This document shows, in pieces, positions 26,535 to 40,024 of a stretch of DNA of 64,000 nucleotides; within the stretch, counting starts at the first letter, position 1, and every line of letters starts with the position of its first letter. Position numbers and translations under genes: made by a program. Below the pieces are notes generated by a model. It had not been told where the DNA came from. It was given only the letters and a program-made list of their open reading frames with translations, and made no database searches. This DNA is from Octopus vulgaris (lineage: Eukaryota). The stretch lies in assembly GCA_951406725.2 (NCBI GenBank), contig OX597814.1, forward strand, positions 132,122,001-132,186,000. The letters are read 5' to 3'.

Positions 26535-27900
26535 TTTACCGTGCAGGCAGGCACTGAAGATGCTGTGGTATTTGTGGTGGGAAAGAAAGTTGAAAGTTAT
26601 GTTTAAAATACTAATGCTTTGAGAATATTAGTAGCCATGTTTTAAGATATCTGTTACAAGAACAGCAATGCAAAATCATGAGACTGCTGATGTCATATGA
26701 ATATGCAACTGCTGGGGATTTTCATAATGATAGGAATAAAAATAATTTGTTTTCTAATATTGTGTGAATATTGTATATTTTAGCGAAGCATGGTTTACAT
26801 ACATACTATAACTAGTGACTCCAACTGATATTCATGAAATAAAAACAATCTAATATGGCTACAAATTCAATGTCACTCACGTTGTTTACTAAATTAATTA
26901 AGGGTAAGAATAAAGGATCAATTGCGCCCAGGATTTTGCTTGGCAGAATTCTTGTGAAGGGATGTAATTATTGTGTCTGAAGAAATAGTTACTTTACACA
27001 TAGAAATACATAAATTCCTTATTTCAGCTACATTGATCTCATCAGTAAAGCGTTGGTTGTCTTAAATAAGCTTGATAATGCATAATTATACACAACGTAA
27101 CATATATACATCAAAGGGCGCTAACATAAGAAAGGTAATATTGACAAATTTAATCAGAAATGTAAATGGAAGAATGTCATGTCATGTCCTGAGACATTCA
27201 GTAAAGTGTAAAATAACTGACAAAAAGATCTGTAATGTTTTTTATACAAATATATTTTATTAAATGACAATTTATTATGCTAATAAATTAATACGTACAA
27301 TGAATAAATGGATGTTTATAAGATTGCCTTACATATTATAAATATATTTATGTATTTTACGTGTTACATTATTAATATTAAATATTATTATAAAAATAAA
27401 TAAATGTTTATAACGTGAGATTTGCACTTAAGAAATGAAATGAACGCATGAATTAGTGGAAATAATTTAATAAAACTACCTAATTATCGCTTTCTTCTTT
27501 CAACACAAGGTTGTGGGAAATGAGACAGTGAATAATGAAATAAATAATGCTAGATAACACTATCATTAATTATTTCAGTAAATCGAAAAATTTAAAGCAA
27601 ACTTGGACGCATCTGGAAGTGACTTGAAATCAATCAATAAGGTTTTAAATAAACAATGCATGGCATTGCCAATTTTGAAGTTTCTGCTAAAACAGCAACT
27701 TATTACATTTAAGTATCGATTTCTGATCTATACACAAGATCAACGACTTGGAGAAAATAACGTTACAATTTTATAGACGACAGTACATCAGTGGGTCTCT
27801 GTATAAATATTAAAGTGAATGGAAGTTGTGTACAATGTCCGACGAAAAAGATAGAAACAAAATGCAGTTAAACATGAAATATGATATAAAGGATATTGAA
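26535..27900. repeat. Downstream flank of gene 3, paralogous to 49660-50200 plus 53823-54480
   Basis: Long colinear matches, e.g. TTTACTAAATTAATTAAGGGTAAGAATAAAGGAT and TTCAGTAAATCGAAAAATTTAAAGCAAA. Confidence 0.9.
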
Positions 27901-27944
27901 AACTATAAATAGACATGTTACAAAGATGAATCTTTTGACCAAGG

Positions 27945-28180
27945 TTGAAGTTGATGCCGAAAATAAAAGCATGATGATGCCGAAGAAGCAGTTCAAATAC
28001 TGAATAAGAACTTCTTGTGCGAGGGAAAATATTTTAGCCAAGTGTTGAGGAGTGGTGTCGCAGCATTATGCAGTAAAATATGTGGTGGGTGATAAGAAAT
28101 ACAAGAATGACATGTGTGGTCGCGTGCGCGTGTGCACAAGTTCTTGATTGAAGGATAGCTTGTGGAAGTTTCTCGTACAT
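27945..28180 (-). pseudogene. IL-17-like gene fragment (intron end plus signal-peptide segment)
   Basis: Translates VLIQYLNCFFGIIMLLFSAST versus gene 4 VFIQYLGCFYSIIMCVSSAS; adjacent GGGTGATAAGAAATAC matches the gene 3 intron at ~29025; acceptor is damaged and no cystine knot follows. Confidence 0.75.
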
Positions 28181-28351
28181 ACATAAATAAATAATTCCTG
28201 TGACGGAGGTTTGTCACACATACATACATACATACATACATAGAGCCTAACCAATTTGTAATAAGTTATACATAGTATAACATAACCACATGGTGGTTGA
28301 TTATCAACAATCTTTACACGAAAGCAGGTAACAAATTGTTGTCAACTGCTT

Positions 28352-28870
28352 TTACGACTTATAATCTATATTATTTATAATTACATGATCGATAATCCGC
28401 GCACATACACAGGCTGTGGCGACATTAATTTTACTAGGCTTATATACATAGAACCCCTTAATACATTCTCCTGTACGATGAAGAACAGGCATTTCAGCAT
28501 ATACTGTCACACAGCGGTAGTTGTTGTCAGTGCCGAGACAATGTTTACAGCGACACACAGCTTCAGTACGTAGTGGAGGGTAAACGTTTTTGTCATAGAT
28601 AACTTTCAGGTACCAAGGACACGTGGAACGCCCGCGGGGAGCTCTGGTATAAGCAATAGATTTTGGGCAAAATTTATCCAAGTTCAGCAGTGGTAACTGT
28701 GTTGTTGCAAGTGAAGCTATATTAGCCGTGAAAATAAATTTATTGCGTAACCTGGAATGGATCTTATGACGGGCTTCCAAGTTCACTGGTTTTCTACATT
28801 GTCTCCGAAATGATGCCGAAGATACAAACATGATGGCGCTGAAGATGCAGTTCAAATACGGAATAAAGAC
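28352..28870 (-). CDS. IL17: IL-17-like gene 3, exon 2 (spliced protein ~176 aa)
   Basis: Acceptor TTTTCTGTTATACAG; RSTCPWYL...YPPLRTEAVCRCKHC...CVTV...C...YVYKP...VATACVCAR. Confidence 0.92.
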   Translation of the reverse strand, partial: VFIPYLNCIFSAIMFVSSASFRRQCRKPVNLEARHKIHSRLRNKFIFTANIASLATTQLPLLNLDKFCPKSIAYTRAPRGRSTCPWYLKVIYDKNVYPPLRTEAVCRCKHCLGTDNNYRCVTVYAEMPVLHRTGECIKGFYVYKPSKINVATACVCARIIDHVIINNIDYKS

Positions 28871-29258
28871 CTGTATAACAGAAAATATTTTTGTCAAGTG
28901 GTGTGATATATTTTCAATATGACACATTTATCGACATAAAAATGCAAAAATAATCTTACTTAATTTAGAATATTTATAAAAGTTATTTTACATTTGAGAG
29001 AAATTATGTCGTAAACTACTTGATGGGTGATAAGAAATACCAGAATTCTATGTGCACGCGTGTGTGCTGGTTCTTGATTTAAAAGGAAACCACGCGGAAG
29101 CTTATTACGCACACCGTATAGAATACATTTCGTAGTACTCAAAAGATTTAAACCTGAGCAGGTAGAGTAAATGTAAATGTAAGGAGGAGAAAGGGGGATG
29201 GAAGGAGAGGGAGTAAATTGTATATCGGCTTGACTATCTCGATCTTGCTTGACCTCAC

Positions 29259-29314
<56 letters not shown>

Positions 29315-29334
29315 TGGAGGTGGAAAAAGCGCGG

Positions 29335-29661
29335 AAGTAAGTCTAAGACATTTCAACTCAAGAAGGAATTTAATAAAAATGATTTCTGAAATTATATAAA
29401 GAAAATATTGCCGGTTTCGATGATGATTCTCATTTTATCAAATATTGATAAAAATTTATAAAAATTTGAAGTAAAACAGTTCATCTTCTACCTGGGAGTC
29501 AAACAGAAGATAAACTGTTTTTACTTCAAATTTTTAGAAATTTTTTACTGATATTTGATAAGATGATATTTATCAACGAAACCGGTAATATTTTCTTATT
29601 ATAATTTTAAAAATCATTTTTATTAAATTCCTTCTTAAATTGAAATGTGTTAGACTTACTT
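29335..29661. repeat. Inverted repeat (~147 bp arms) with a degenerate hammerhead-like motif in each arm
   Basis: Arms 29335-29481 and 29513-29661; right arm reads ATAT TTGATAA GATGAT ATTT ATCAAC GAAA CCGG TA ATAT. Confidence 0.8.
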
Positions 29662-29716
29662 GATTTGTATAGATCTCTATTCTTTTTTCAACTATATATA
29701 TATATGTATACATACT

Positions 29717-29776
<60 letters not shown>

Positions 29777-29780
29777 TATA

Positions 29781-30185
29781 GGCGTAGGAGTGGCTGTGTG
29801 GTAAGTAGCTTGCTTACCAACCACATGGTTCCGGGTTCAGTCCCACTGCGTGGCACCTTGGGCTAGTGTCTTCTACTATAGCCTCGGGCCGACCAAAGCC
29901 TTGTGAGTGGATTTGGTTGACGGAAACTGAAAGAAGCCCGTCGTATAAATGTATATATATGTTTGTGCGTGTATTTTTGTGTGTCAGTGTTTGTCCCACT
30001 GGCATTGTTTGACAACCGATGCTGGTGTGTTTATGTCCCCGTCACGTAGCGGTTCGGCAAAAGAGACCGATAGAATAAGTACTGGGCTTACAAAGAATAA
30101 GTCCCGGGGTTGAGTTGCTCGATTAAAGGTGGTGCTCCAGCATGGCCGCAGTCAAATGACTGAAAACAAGTAAAAGAGTAAAAGA
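29781..30185 (+). mobile_element. Full-length SINE family A
   Basis: Matches 19080-19610 end to end. Confidence 0.85.
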
Positions 30186-30258
30186 GTATATATATATACA
30201 TACACACACACACATATATATATATATACATACATACATACATACATACATACATACA

Positions 30259-30294
<36 letters not shown>

Positions 30295-30308
30295 CACACA
30301 CACATATA

Positions 30309-32200
30309 CACTGTGACACATTATTAACCAAATCAATCTTCTCTCAATAAAGAAATGTATATTCGTTTAAAACCAGTTGTTTCCCAGTGACTGTTGGCAA
30401 CTCCCATCTGAGCACATTGTTAAAATAAATCGGATCTGCGCAGATGCCAACAAATGGAGGCCATTTTTGAGATTGGGCAACATGTTCACCGTCACAAATT
30501 ATTAGGCAATTATAATAAAAATGTTCATTTTGTCAGAACAAACATTTATTTAATTCAACAGTAAGGGTTTAAATATAATAATACGTAAAGTTGTAGATAT
30601 AATACGTTCGAATGAAAATAATCATGGGATTATCCTGTTATGCAGCTCCTAATGTTTGATTTATGATCCTTCACATGCAATGATCTTCTTTACGCGCTGA
30701 TCTATTGAATTTATCCTCTTGTGTCATGTATTAAGCAGCGTCTACAAAAGCATCCCAGAGGGAAACTTAACCTGAAGAATGCCGTCCATCTTGGTAAACA
30801 CACCTCTTCAGGATACTCCACAGGTTCTCGATCGGGTTTAAGTCAGGAGAACAAATTGGAAACTCCATCAAACGATCTCCAGAGAAGCCTCTTTGCTGCA
30901 GGTATTCCTTGGAATTCTTTGCTACATGAGACGAGGCATTATCTTGCATAAAGACCAACTTTGTCTTGAATGAAAGTTTTTGCGTTTTGAACCACTTTCG
31001 GAAATTGTCCTTTAAGAAGGTAACGTATGTTTTCCATGTCATCTTAATGCCATCTGGAACTTTCCATGGCCCGACCATCATACCACTAACGATGCCAGCC
31101 TATATCATGGGCTGATTGATCCCCAACCTTTACTTCAGCCACTTGATTGATCCCCAACCTTTACTCCAGCCCTCTAGTCTGAAAAAGGTAGCACGGCATT
31201 CGTCAGTGAACAGAACTGTTGAAAAATCTATCTTCATTTATTCATCTGCCAATTTCATTCCTTTCTGCATATGAACAGCCTTCAGAGGGGGCCTTGTAAC
31301 AGGTTTAACATTTCTGGCTACCTGCTTCAAGAAGCGACACCTGGTAGTTTTCGATACGTCTTCCCTGCCACAATATTTGAAGACTTCTCTACTTGTCACA
31401 CATGGGTTCCGCACAACTTCCTTTTTCACTCGTGACAAAGTACGATTCGAAGCAACCCTGGACTTGAACTTATCTGCTCTCGACCGGACAAAATTCTTCA
31501 CTGTTCGGTGATCAATTCTCAGTATTTTTGATATTTCTATGGTTGTTTTTCCTTTTCCAAGCTCTGACGCGATGGTAGACTTCTCATTCGAGGTAAGATC
31601 ACCTTTCTGACCCATAATGACACTTTCTGCATATGAACAGCCTCCAGAGGGGGCCTTGTAACAGGTTTAACATTTCTGGCTACCTCCTGCAAGAAGCGAC
31701 ACCTGGTAGTTTTCGATACGTCTTCCCTGCCACAATATTTGAAGACTTCTCTACTTGTCGCACATGGGTTCCGCACAACTTCCTTTTTCACTCGTGACAA
31801 AGTACGATTCGAAGCAACCCTGGACTTGAACTTATCTGCCCTCGACCGGACAAATTTCTTCACTGTTCGGTGATCCCTTCTCAGTATTTTTGATATTTCT
31901 ATGGTTGTTTTTTCCTTTTCCAAGCTCTGATACGATGGTAGACTTCTTATTCAAGGTAAGATCACCTTTCTAACCTAAAATGACACTTAAACTGGGCTCC
32001 TGCGTTGTAAATTTGGAACAACCGAAATGTCGATGTTACATGATAATAGCCGCAGTTTGCTTTCGTCTGCGCAGATCTGATTTATTTTAACAGAATGTGT
32101 GCAGATAGGTGTTGCCAACAATCAGTGGGAAAATAGCTGGTTTTGAACGGATACACATTTATTGAGGGAAAGCTGATTTGCCTAAAATAGTGGGACGCAG
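30309..32200 (-). mobile_element. Tc1-like transposon with ~150 bp TIRs and an internal ~362 bp tandem duplication
   Basis: VFMQDNASSH, SPDLNPIENLWSILK, VLFTDEC; TIRs ~30309-30460 and ~32050-32200; 31261-31623 repeated at 31623-31985. Confidence 0.88.
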
Positions 32201-32217
32201 TATATATATATATATAT

Positions 32218-32515
32218 AATGGCCCAGTGGTTAGGGCAGCGGACTCGCGGTCGTAGGATCGCGGTTTCGATTCCCAGACCGGGCGTTGTGAGTGTTTCTT
32301 GAGCGATAACGCCTAAAGCTCCCCGAGGCTCCGGCAGGGGGTTGTGGAGATCCCTGCTGTTCTCTTCCGCCACAACTTTCTCTCACTCTTTCTTCTGTTG
32401 GCCTGCTCGCTTAGCCAGTGGGCTGGCGTCATTTAAAGGCTAAAACAATGCAAAACGCATTGTGACCAGCGATGTGTAGCAACATCTGATAGCCTGGTCG
32501 GTCACGGTGATCACA
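32218..32515 (+). mobile_element. SINE family B variant
   Basis: Head nearly identical to 10826; different 3' end. Confidence 0.75.
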
Positions 32516-32518
32516 GTG

Positions 32519-32603
<85 letters not shown>

Positions 32604-33219
32604 TACATACATATATACATACGTATATATATATATATATAAATTATCAAAATTATAAATTAGGGCATCTACGAGATACCACCATGCTGAAAATAGCAAC
32701 CATGATCTGACTCTAAAACCACCTTAATTGTCCATGTATCAACACGGAGAGAAAACAAATCTCGTAGATACCCTAATTTATAATTTTAATAATTATTACC
32801 TTTCAAGGTTATTTTTTCCATGCTGACCACTTGATAAAATCGTTATTTTATTTTAAATTAATGATCTTATCCTTATTTCGTTGTGAGTAACGTGTATTTT
32901 TTTAACTGAGATTTTTTAAAACTAATATTTTCTCCTCCATTATTAAGCCCAACTGTTACGCTTTTACATAATTAGTTGAAGAGAAAGGCGAAGAGCGAGA
33001 GGAAAAGGATTAGAAAGAAGTTCAACATCTCAAATGTAAAATCTCTTCCCTGAAAACGCGCCTAATCCTACGATGGAATCAATCTACAAATATTATTTTA
33101 GACCACCGAGCCCCAAGAAACAGCTGTTGGATTTGTAATACATTTCTTTAGCCCCTTTAATTCTCCATGTCATTTGTATACTATGTAAGTCGGACTCATT
33201 TTATATGTAAACACACATA

Positions 33220-34015
33220 CAAGGTGCTGTGAGTAAGCTATAGTCTAAATGTCGCAAAAATGAAAATAACTCTCTCATCTCATTTTAATATATATATTTA
33301 CCAAAACTACATGAAATTATCTTGAAAAACTAAAGTGAAAATATTTTCAATAACATCGCCATTGATTTCAACCACGGCCCCCAGACGACCTTGGAATCTC
33401 CTGTGACTCTTCTGGATGTTCTCTTTGTTTAAGTTTGTGAATGCTACCATAATCCTTGCCTTCATCTTTGATGTTACAAGGAATTTTGTTGGTTCTTCGC
33501 CCAACTGCGCCCGACTCATAATAATCATGAGGTTTGTAGTTTGGTGGGTAGATGTTAGGTGTGATGTGACTGTAGAAATTGTCTGACAGCCATGGCTGAG
33601 TTCTCCTGCTTGTGTGGCACGGTGCAGAGTCCTGTTTCCAGGCATGGGAACTTCCAGCAACTACCCTTTTGTCCCAGGGTAGCACTACCTCCAGGCACTT
33701 GACGTAGGTCCTGTGTTGAGTCTGAGGCAGTGTGAGACGATGAATGAAGGCGTTGCCATCACTAGTGATCACTCCAAACGCCATGATATTGACTTGATCT
33801 TCGATTTTTATCACTTCCAGGGCAAATGCCAAGCAGTACAGCATGTCGTTTCCAAATTTCTGGCAGCGTAAATTGTGTCATGTTGCTGTTTTTCTTACAG
33901 ACGGTGTCAGCTGACCCTACTGTACTCAGTAGTCGATACAATCAAAAAGAAACAAAGCGTATGCGTGAAATTAAAAATATAAAATTGCTACAATTTACCC
34001 GTCGAATCCTGTACA
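33220..34015 (-). mobile_element. Decayed Tc1/mariner transposase
   Basis: IMAFGVITSDG, WKQDSAPCHTSRRTQPWL, YPPNYKPHDY. Confidence 0.7.
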
Positions 34016-34134
34016 TTTTTTGTATTCTATGTATATAAATAGACATATTTTGATCCGCCAAACTTGCCTCTCCCTACATATACTTATACATACATACATG
34101 CATACATACATACATACATACATGTATACATACA

Positions 34135-34216
<82 letters not shown>

Positions 34217-34381
34217 GTGACATATATTTGCCATTTCAATATGGCTAACCCCTAAGGGTGGATGCTACTGTAGTTTTTAGCCCCAGGAGGACACACTCCT
34301 CCAGCTGGCCATAGACACACTTTCTGTGCCCTGTCAGTATTTGCAAAGGGAAGTCATCCTTCCCGTCTTCAACTTATGATA

Positions 34382-34426
34382 CACACGGACTCGAGTTTCG
34401 AGGTATTGACCTCTCGTCAGCGTGTG
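34382..34426 (-). ncRNA. Canonical minimal type I hammerhead ribozyme, sense strand of the gene 3 intron
   Basis: Minus strand: CACACG CTGACGA GAGGT CAAT ACCTC GAAA CTCGAG TC CGTGTG; stems I and II perfectly paired, palindromic stem III, GUC site. Confidence 0.85.
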
Positions 34427-34659
34427 ACAATCATAGTTGTCGGCGAGAATTAGATTTCCTTCACAAATACTTATACTTTTTCCAGCGTCCACTGTCGCTG
34501 ATGTTGAAAAAGTGAAATCAAACAATGATAAATATCAAAGTGAGTTATCTACAGTAGCGGTATATATATATATATATATATATAAATATAAATTTATATA
34601 AATAAGGATAAGATCGATATTTAAATACCGATCTTATCAGGTGACCAGGTAATAATTAT

Positions 34660-34894
34660 TTAAAATTATAATTTAGGGTATCTAAGAGATACTCCACGCT
34701 GGAAATAGCAGTCAAAACATTAAATGTTCGTACAGTACCAGGAGAGTAGACAAAGAAACAAAATAAACTAGCAAAAAATGTCGCTTTGTTTTCTCTCCTG
34801 GTGCTGTATGAACATTTAATGTGGTTTTAGAGTCAAGTTTTGACTGCTACTTCCAGCGTGGAGGTATCTCTTAGATATCCTAAGTTATAATTTA

Positions 34895-34895
<1 letters not shown>
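34660..34895. repeat. AT-rich foldback element between (TA)n tracts; related copy at 32640-32795
   Basis: AAATTATAATTTAGGGTATCTAAGAGATAC is mirrored by GTATCTCTTAGATATCCTAAGTTATAATTT. Confidence 0.8.
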
Positions 34896-34952
<57 letters not shown>

Positions 34953-35673
34953 GTGTGTGTGTGTGTGTGTGTGTATTTATGCGTGTGTGTCTATGTGTGT
35001 GCATGTGTGTGTGTGTGTGTTTGTGTGTGTTGTCTTTGTTAGTCTTCCGCCACCGCTCGACAATCATTGTTGCTGCTCACATTCCCGGTTCGTCAAAAGA
35101 GACCGATAGAATAAGTACCAGGCTTAACAAAAATAATTTCAGGAATCGATTTGTTCCACTATTGTTCTTCAAGATGATGTCCCAGTATAGCTTCAGTCTA
35201 ATGGGTGAAACATGTAAAAGATACACGAATCAATATGTATGGCTTTTGCTATACATTTCGTGTTTTTATTATTCAAATACATTCCACTAGCCGTGCTGTA
35301 CTCCTTTAGCGCAGTTACTCTTAAATGTTGTCTACCATGTTTTTGGCTTAGCTGCTGAAGATAGAGTGCTGATGATTTATATCGAGGCAGAAACACATTC
35401 CACAGTTATTCTATTGTCTTAACACAACCAGGTTGTCTTTTCATTTATGGTAGTTAATAATTCTGAACTTATCTCGCCTTCTCACATCAAGTTGATATTA
35501 ATTACCACCAAGCTAATTAGTCTACTCTCTCTGGAAGTAGAGATAGTTTCAATAAATTACAAATTTATCTTTTCGCTTGTTACGTAAATCTATGCAATAG
35601 ACCACTCTGAATATTTGTCAGAGTACATCATTTTTGGTATCTCTGTTTGTCTGTCTGTCTGTCTCTCTCTGTC

Positions 35674-35740
<67 letters not shown>

Positions 35741-35748
<8 letters not shown>

Positions 35749-36074
35749 TATAATTATGAGTATAATTATAATTAGGGTTCAGCAAAAAATTTGCTTCACC
35801 ACATCACATACCGAAATTTAGAAATAGCAGTTAAAACTAGCTATTTCTCTACCATATAAAAATAACAGAAATAGTTAGTTTTAACTGCTTTTTCTAAATT
35901 TCGGTATGTGGTGAAGCAAATTTTTTGCTGAACCCTAATTATAATTATACGCATAATTATAAAAAAATTTGTTTAAGTTTACCGATAATGGTTCTTTTAA
36001 CATACCGAACTACTTGGTAAAATTATTAATTATTAATTAATTTTACCATTTATTATATATATATATATATATAC

Positions 36075-36120
<46 letters not shown>

Positions 36121-36295
36121 GGTAAAATTAATTAATAATTAATAATTTTACCAAGTAGTTCGGTATGTTAAAAGAACCATTATCGGTAAACTTAAACAAT
36201 TTTTTTTTTATAATTATGCGTATAATTATAATTAGGGTTCAACAAAAAATTTGCTTCACCACATACCGAAATTTAGAAAAAGCAGTTAAAACTAG
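35741..36295. repeat. Compound palindrome (A, inverted A, A) centred on a (TA)n tract
   Basis: 35875-36052 and 36115-36295 are near-perfect inverted arms; 35745-35850 is a third copy of the outer part. Confidence 0.9.
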
Positions 36296-37738
36296 ACAGA
36301 TATATATATATATATATATATATATAATAACCCCCCCCCCCCAAAAAAAAAAACGAAGAAGAAATACAAGAAAAACAACGCGAGGTCGTGGTATATACAA
36401 TGTATTAGCAGATGCTCAGGAAGGAAAGAAAGCACTTCGTCAGAAACAGGTGACGGAGGAAAGTCCAAGAGAAAAGGAAGACGGAGGAAAAAAATCGCCA
36501 ACGATCCACATGTGATTACAGTTTGAAAATATGTGTGTGTGTGTGTGAGTGTGTGTGTGGTATGTGTGTGTGAGTATGTATGCATGTGTGTGTTTTTGTG
36601 TACGTGCGTGTATATGTGTGTTTGTTTGTTTCAGTTTGTATGCTCGCATGCATATCGAAGAAGATCGGAAAAGGATACTCAAAATGACGCTGCGAAGATG
36701 GAAAGACAATTTAGTAAAAAAACAAACAAAAATAATTGAAGAGGGAAAAGGCGAGTGAAATCAAAAAAGAATTTGAAGTGTATTGTGAGCAGCGGTACAT
36801 AAACAACAGCCAAAATTTTCATTGATGCCGACAGTCTGTGTGCGTGCGCGCGCGCGTGTTTATATAGGGTGGGGAAGCAAAACTGGGAATATTTTGGAAG
36901 CCTTATTTTTCCCATATTCCTGAGCGTAAATACTAAAATATTTTTTTCTATTTCGGGTTGGATGTATATAGAGTTAATTCAAGCAGAAGTTCCAATAATG
37001 CGATCTAACATGTCCACTTAAAAAGCCAAGAAACAATGCATTGCAGACTTGCTTCATACCGGGTTTGTAATTAAGTGTATTGCTCAGACTGTTGGGGCCT
37101 CTATGAGCACTGTCTACAACGTTAAGAACCAAATACTGGATATTTGAGATATCAGGAGAAAGTAAGGAAGTAGAGACATAAATACAAAACCGGATAAAGC
37201 ATTTCTTAAATCTCAAAAAGCCAAAATTTTGAAAGGCCCAACAACATCTATGGGATGACTATCAGAAATGCTCTACACATTGATTTATATTTAGGGGTCA
37301 TACCAAATATAAATCTCGAGACACCTTTTTACTCATGTAATGGAAGCCAAAAGGCATCAAAGGTCAAAGAAGTGTTTCGATACCTGAAACATAATGGACA
37401 AAACAATAAAATCGTTTCAGATCAAAATATCTTTACCGTTGGTGCTGTGCTGTTGCTGTTGCGAACGATCGTCGTCCCAGAGCTCGCAAGATAGGAGAAG
37501 TCCGAAACGTAGTCCTTTGCTATTCGTAAGACTCGCAGAAGAGAAAGCAGGTCAACCCCCGACACCGCGAGCATCGACAGATGGAGGAATGCGCATCGAG
37601 GCTCAGCGGTTGCATAGGAAGTCGGGGACAAGAAACAGGAAGAAAGAGTAAGAGAAAGATGGGGCGAAAGAGTACAACAGGGGTCGCCACCACCCCCTGC
37701 CGGAGCCTCGTTGAGCTTTAGGTGCTTTCGCTCAATAA

Positions 37739-37792
<54 letters not shown>

Positions 37793-37857
37793 TAGCTGAA
37801 GGTGACCCGCTCTACGAGCGGGTAAGAGTGTAGTTGTTACTTTCTGTTGCTTCCTTT

Positions 37858-38170
37858 CAGCACGTAAAAAGCACCATCCGAACGTGGCCGATTGCAGCGC
37901 CGCCTTGACTTGATTCTGTGCCGGTGGCACGTAAAAAGCACCAACCGATCGTTGCCGCTGCGAGCCCCCTGGCACCTGTGCCGGTGGCACGATAAAAGCA
38001 CCCACTACACTCACAGAGTGGTTGGCGTTAGGAAGGTCATCCACCTGTAGAAACACTGCCAGATCAGACTGGATCTTGGTGCAGCCTCCTGGCTTCCCAG
38101 ACCCCTGTCACACTGTCCAACCCGTGCTAGCACGGAAAACGGACGTTAAACGATGATGATGATGATGATG
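37858..38170 (+). mobile_element. SINE/LINE 3' fragment with triplicated GCACGTAAAAAGCACC and (GAT)n tail
   Basis: Three motif copies at ~37860, 37926 and 37986; ends GGACGTTAAACGATGATGATG. Confidence 0.6.
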
Positions 38171-38992
38171 ATTCTCCGTATTTGTTTCTCTCTCCTTTCT
38201 CTCTCACTTTCCCACTCTCTTACTTTTCTTTTCTCTCGGACTCTCCCTCGCTTTCTCTTACTCTCTATCTTTATCTATCTCTCTCCCATTTATAAACAAC
38301 AGAAGTTCTTGAGTAAGTTGAGAAATAAAATATTTAGAAAGATCAATCAGAAATATGAGGCAGTGGCAATGGAAAGGTCTGCTTCAAGGCAGACAGCAAA
38401 ATGCTAACATTTAAAAGGGACAGACGAACTTGCGAGCTGAATAAAAATAATAAAATATTGGAAACCAAAGTTTGAAGGGATAGAATCTGAGGATAGTAGA
38501 GTCACCATGGCTGGCATTTCTTAACGACGGACAGCAACGTAGTGACAGTTTAACGGCTGGCGTAAAATTTGGAACTTGATGTAAAAAAAAATTCGTAAAC
38601 ACCAAGTTTTGAAGTGATTCTTTCTCACGACAGTAGACTCACCATGGCAAGCATTCAAAACTTCTTTATCATGGACGGCAACATATTGACGATTAAAAGG
38701 CTGGCGCAAATTTTTTAGCTTGATGTAACAGAGAATTCCTAAACACCCGCTCCTTGAAATTTTAATCCCCTTCCAGCCCCATTTAGACCCCTTTTCACAT
38801 TTTGGTTAATATAACCCAATTTCATTCGGGTCTACTGGGGCCACATTTTATAAGATGAGGAATTTTGTCCTAGAGGTGATGCCTTTCATTGGAGGAAAAA
38901 ATAGTTGTCATGCAAACTTGCCAGCACTTTTAACATAGGTGTGCATATTTTCAGCTGAATCGACCGACTACGTAATGCACACATTATATATA

Positions 38993-39063
<71 letters not shown>

Positions 39064-39353
39064 ACGCATTATATATACAAATGTATACAAATGAGATATA
39101 TATCTGTATAAATTAAATTAGAGATAAAACCACTAATAGGCAAATCAAACAGTGAAAAACCAAAAATAAAAACATTTAAAAAAATATATAATATAGAAAA
39201 TATATAAAATATAAAATTGAAAAATTTTAATTATTTAAATTGAAAATAAAAATTATTAAATTATATTTATAATTTGTTTAAAAATATATATAACTATGAA
39301 AAAGTATGAAAAAGTTTAATATACATAAATAAAGATATATACACTTTGTATAT

Positions 39354-39570
39354 ATACATTATATATACATATTTATATATAGAACACACACACACACACA
39401 TACATTATATATACATATTTATATATAGAACACACACACACACACACATACATTATATATACATATTTATATATAGAACACACACACACATACACATACA
39501 TATTTATATATAGAACACACACACACACACACATACATTATATATACATATTTATATATAGAACACACGC
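39354..39570. repeat. Minisatellite, ~48 bp unit, about 4.5 copies
   Basis: TACATTATATATACATATTTATATATAGAA(CA)n repeated. Confidence 0.85.
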
Positions 39571-39979
39571 ACCCGCACGCATATAAATGAACGCAAGAAT
39601 ATCTGATTCATAATATTTGTTCTCATGATTGTGTGTTGTTTGGTGGCGATGATAATTCTCCCTATGAATGCAAACAGATACATCAAAGAAAGCCGCCTGA
39701 CGAACTTATAAAGGGAAAGTGAAAGGGAGTTGAGGGGAATACATTAAATAACGGGAGTGGCATTCTCAAAGTTATTAATGAAGGGGAGTAAGAGAGGGAA
39801 AGGAGAAAATAGCGTGAGTGAGGAAGATGGCCCCTAGCAACCACACCTTTTAAGCTAGGGATTTCTAAGGTAGCCCACGAGCATCGTCACCTCATTCTAC
39901 ATGTCCCTGTAAATTTTGGAGCGAATCGGTCGGGATGTAGTGTCATTGATAGCGATCCAAGCGGTAAAAACTCATTTCA

Positions 39980-40024
<45 letters not shown>

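Larger units (their letters stand above)
37792..39995 (-). mobile_element. Non-autonomous Helitron-like element with nested repeats
   Basis: Minus-strand 3' end ACCCGCTC GTA GAGCGGGT CACCTTCAG CTAG|T; likely 5' end TATATAAAACTGAAATG near 39990; internal ~135 bp tandem units at 38460-38760. The 5' boundary is inferred. Confidence 0.6.

Noticed and set aside
27010-27050. CTGATGAG...GAAA on the minus strand
   Set aside because: No convincing stems I-III, and the paralogous site at ~50110 lacks the core.
28871-28927. ORF-track start MCHIENISHH... for genes 3 and 4 (also 56902-56958)
   Set aside because: This stretch contains the conserved branch/acceptor motif, and the homologous sequence in gene 2 has no such ATG. 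Treated as intron read in frame; an alternative start cannot be fully excluded.
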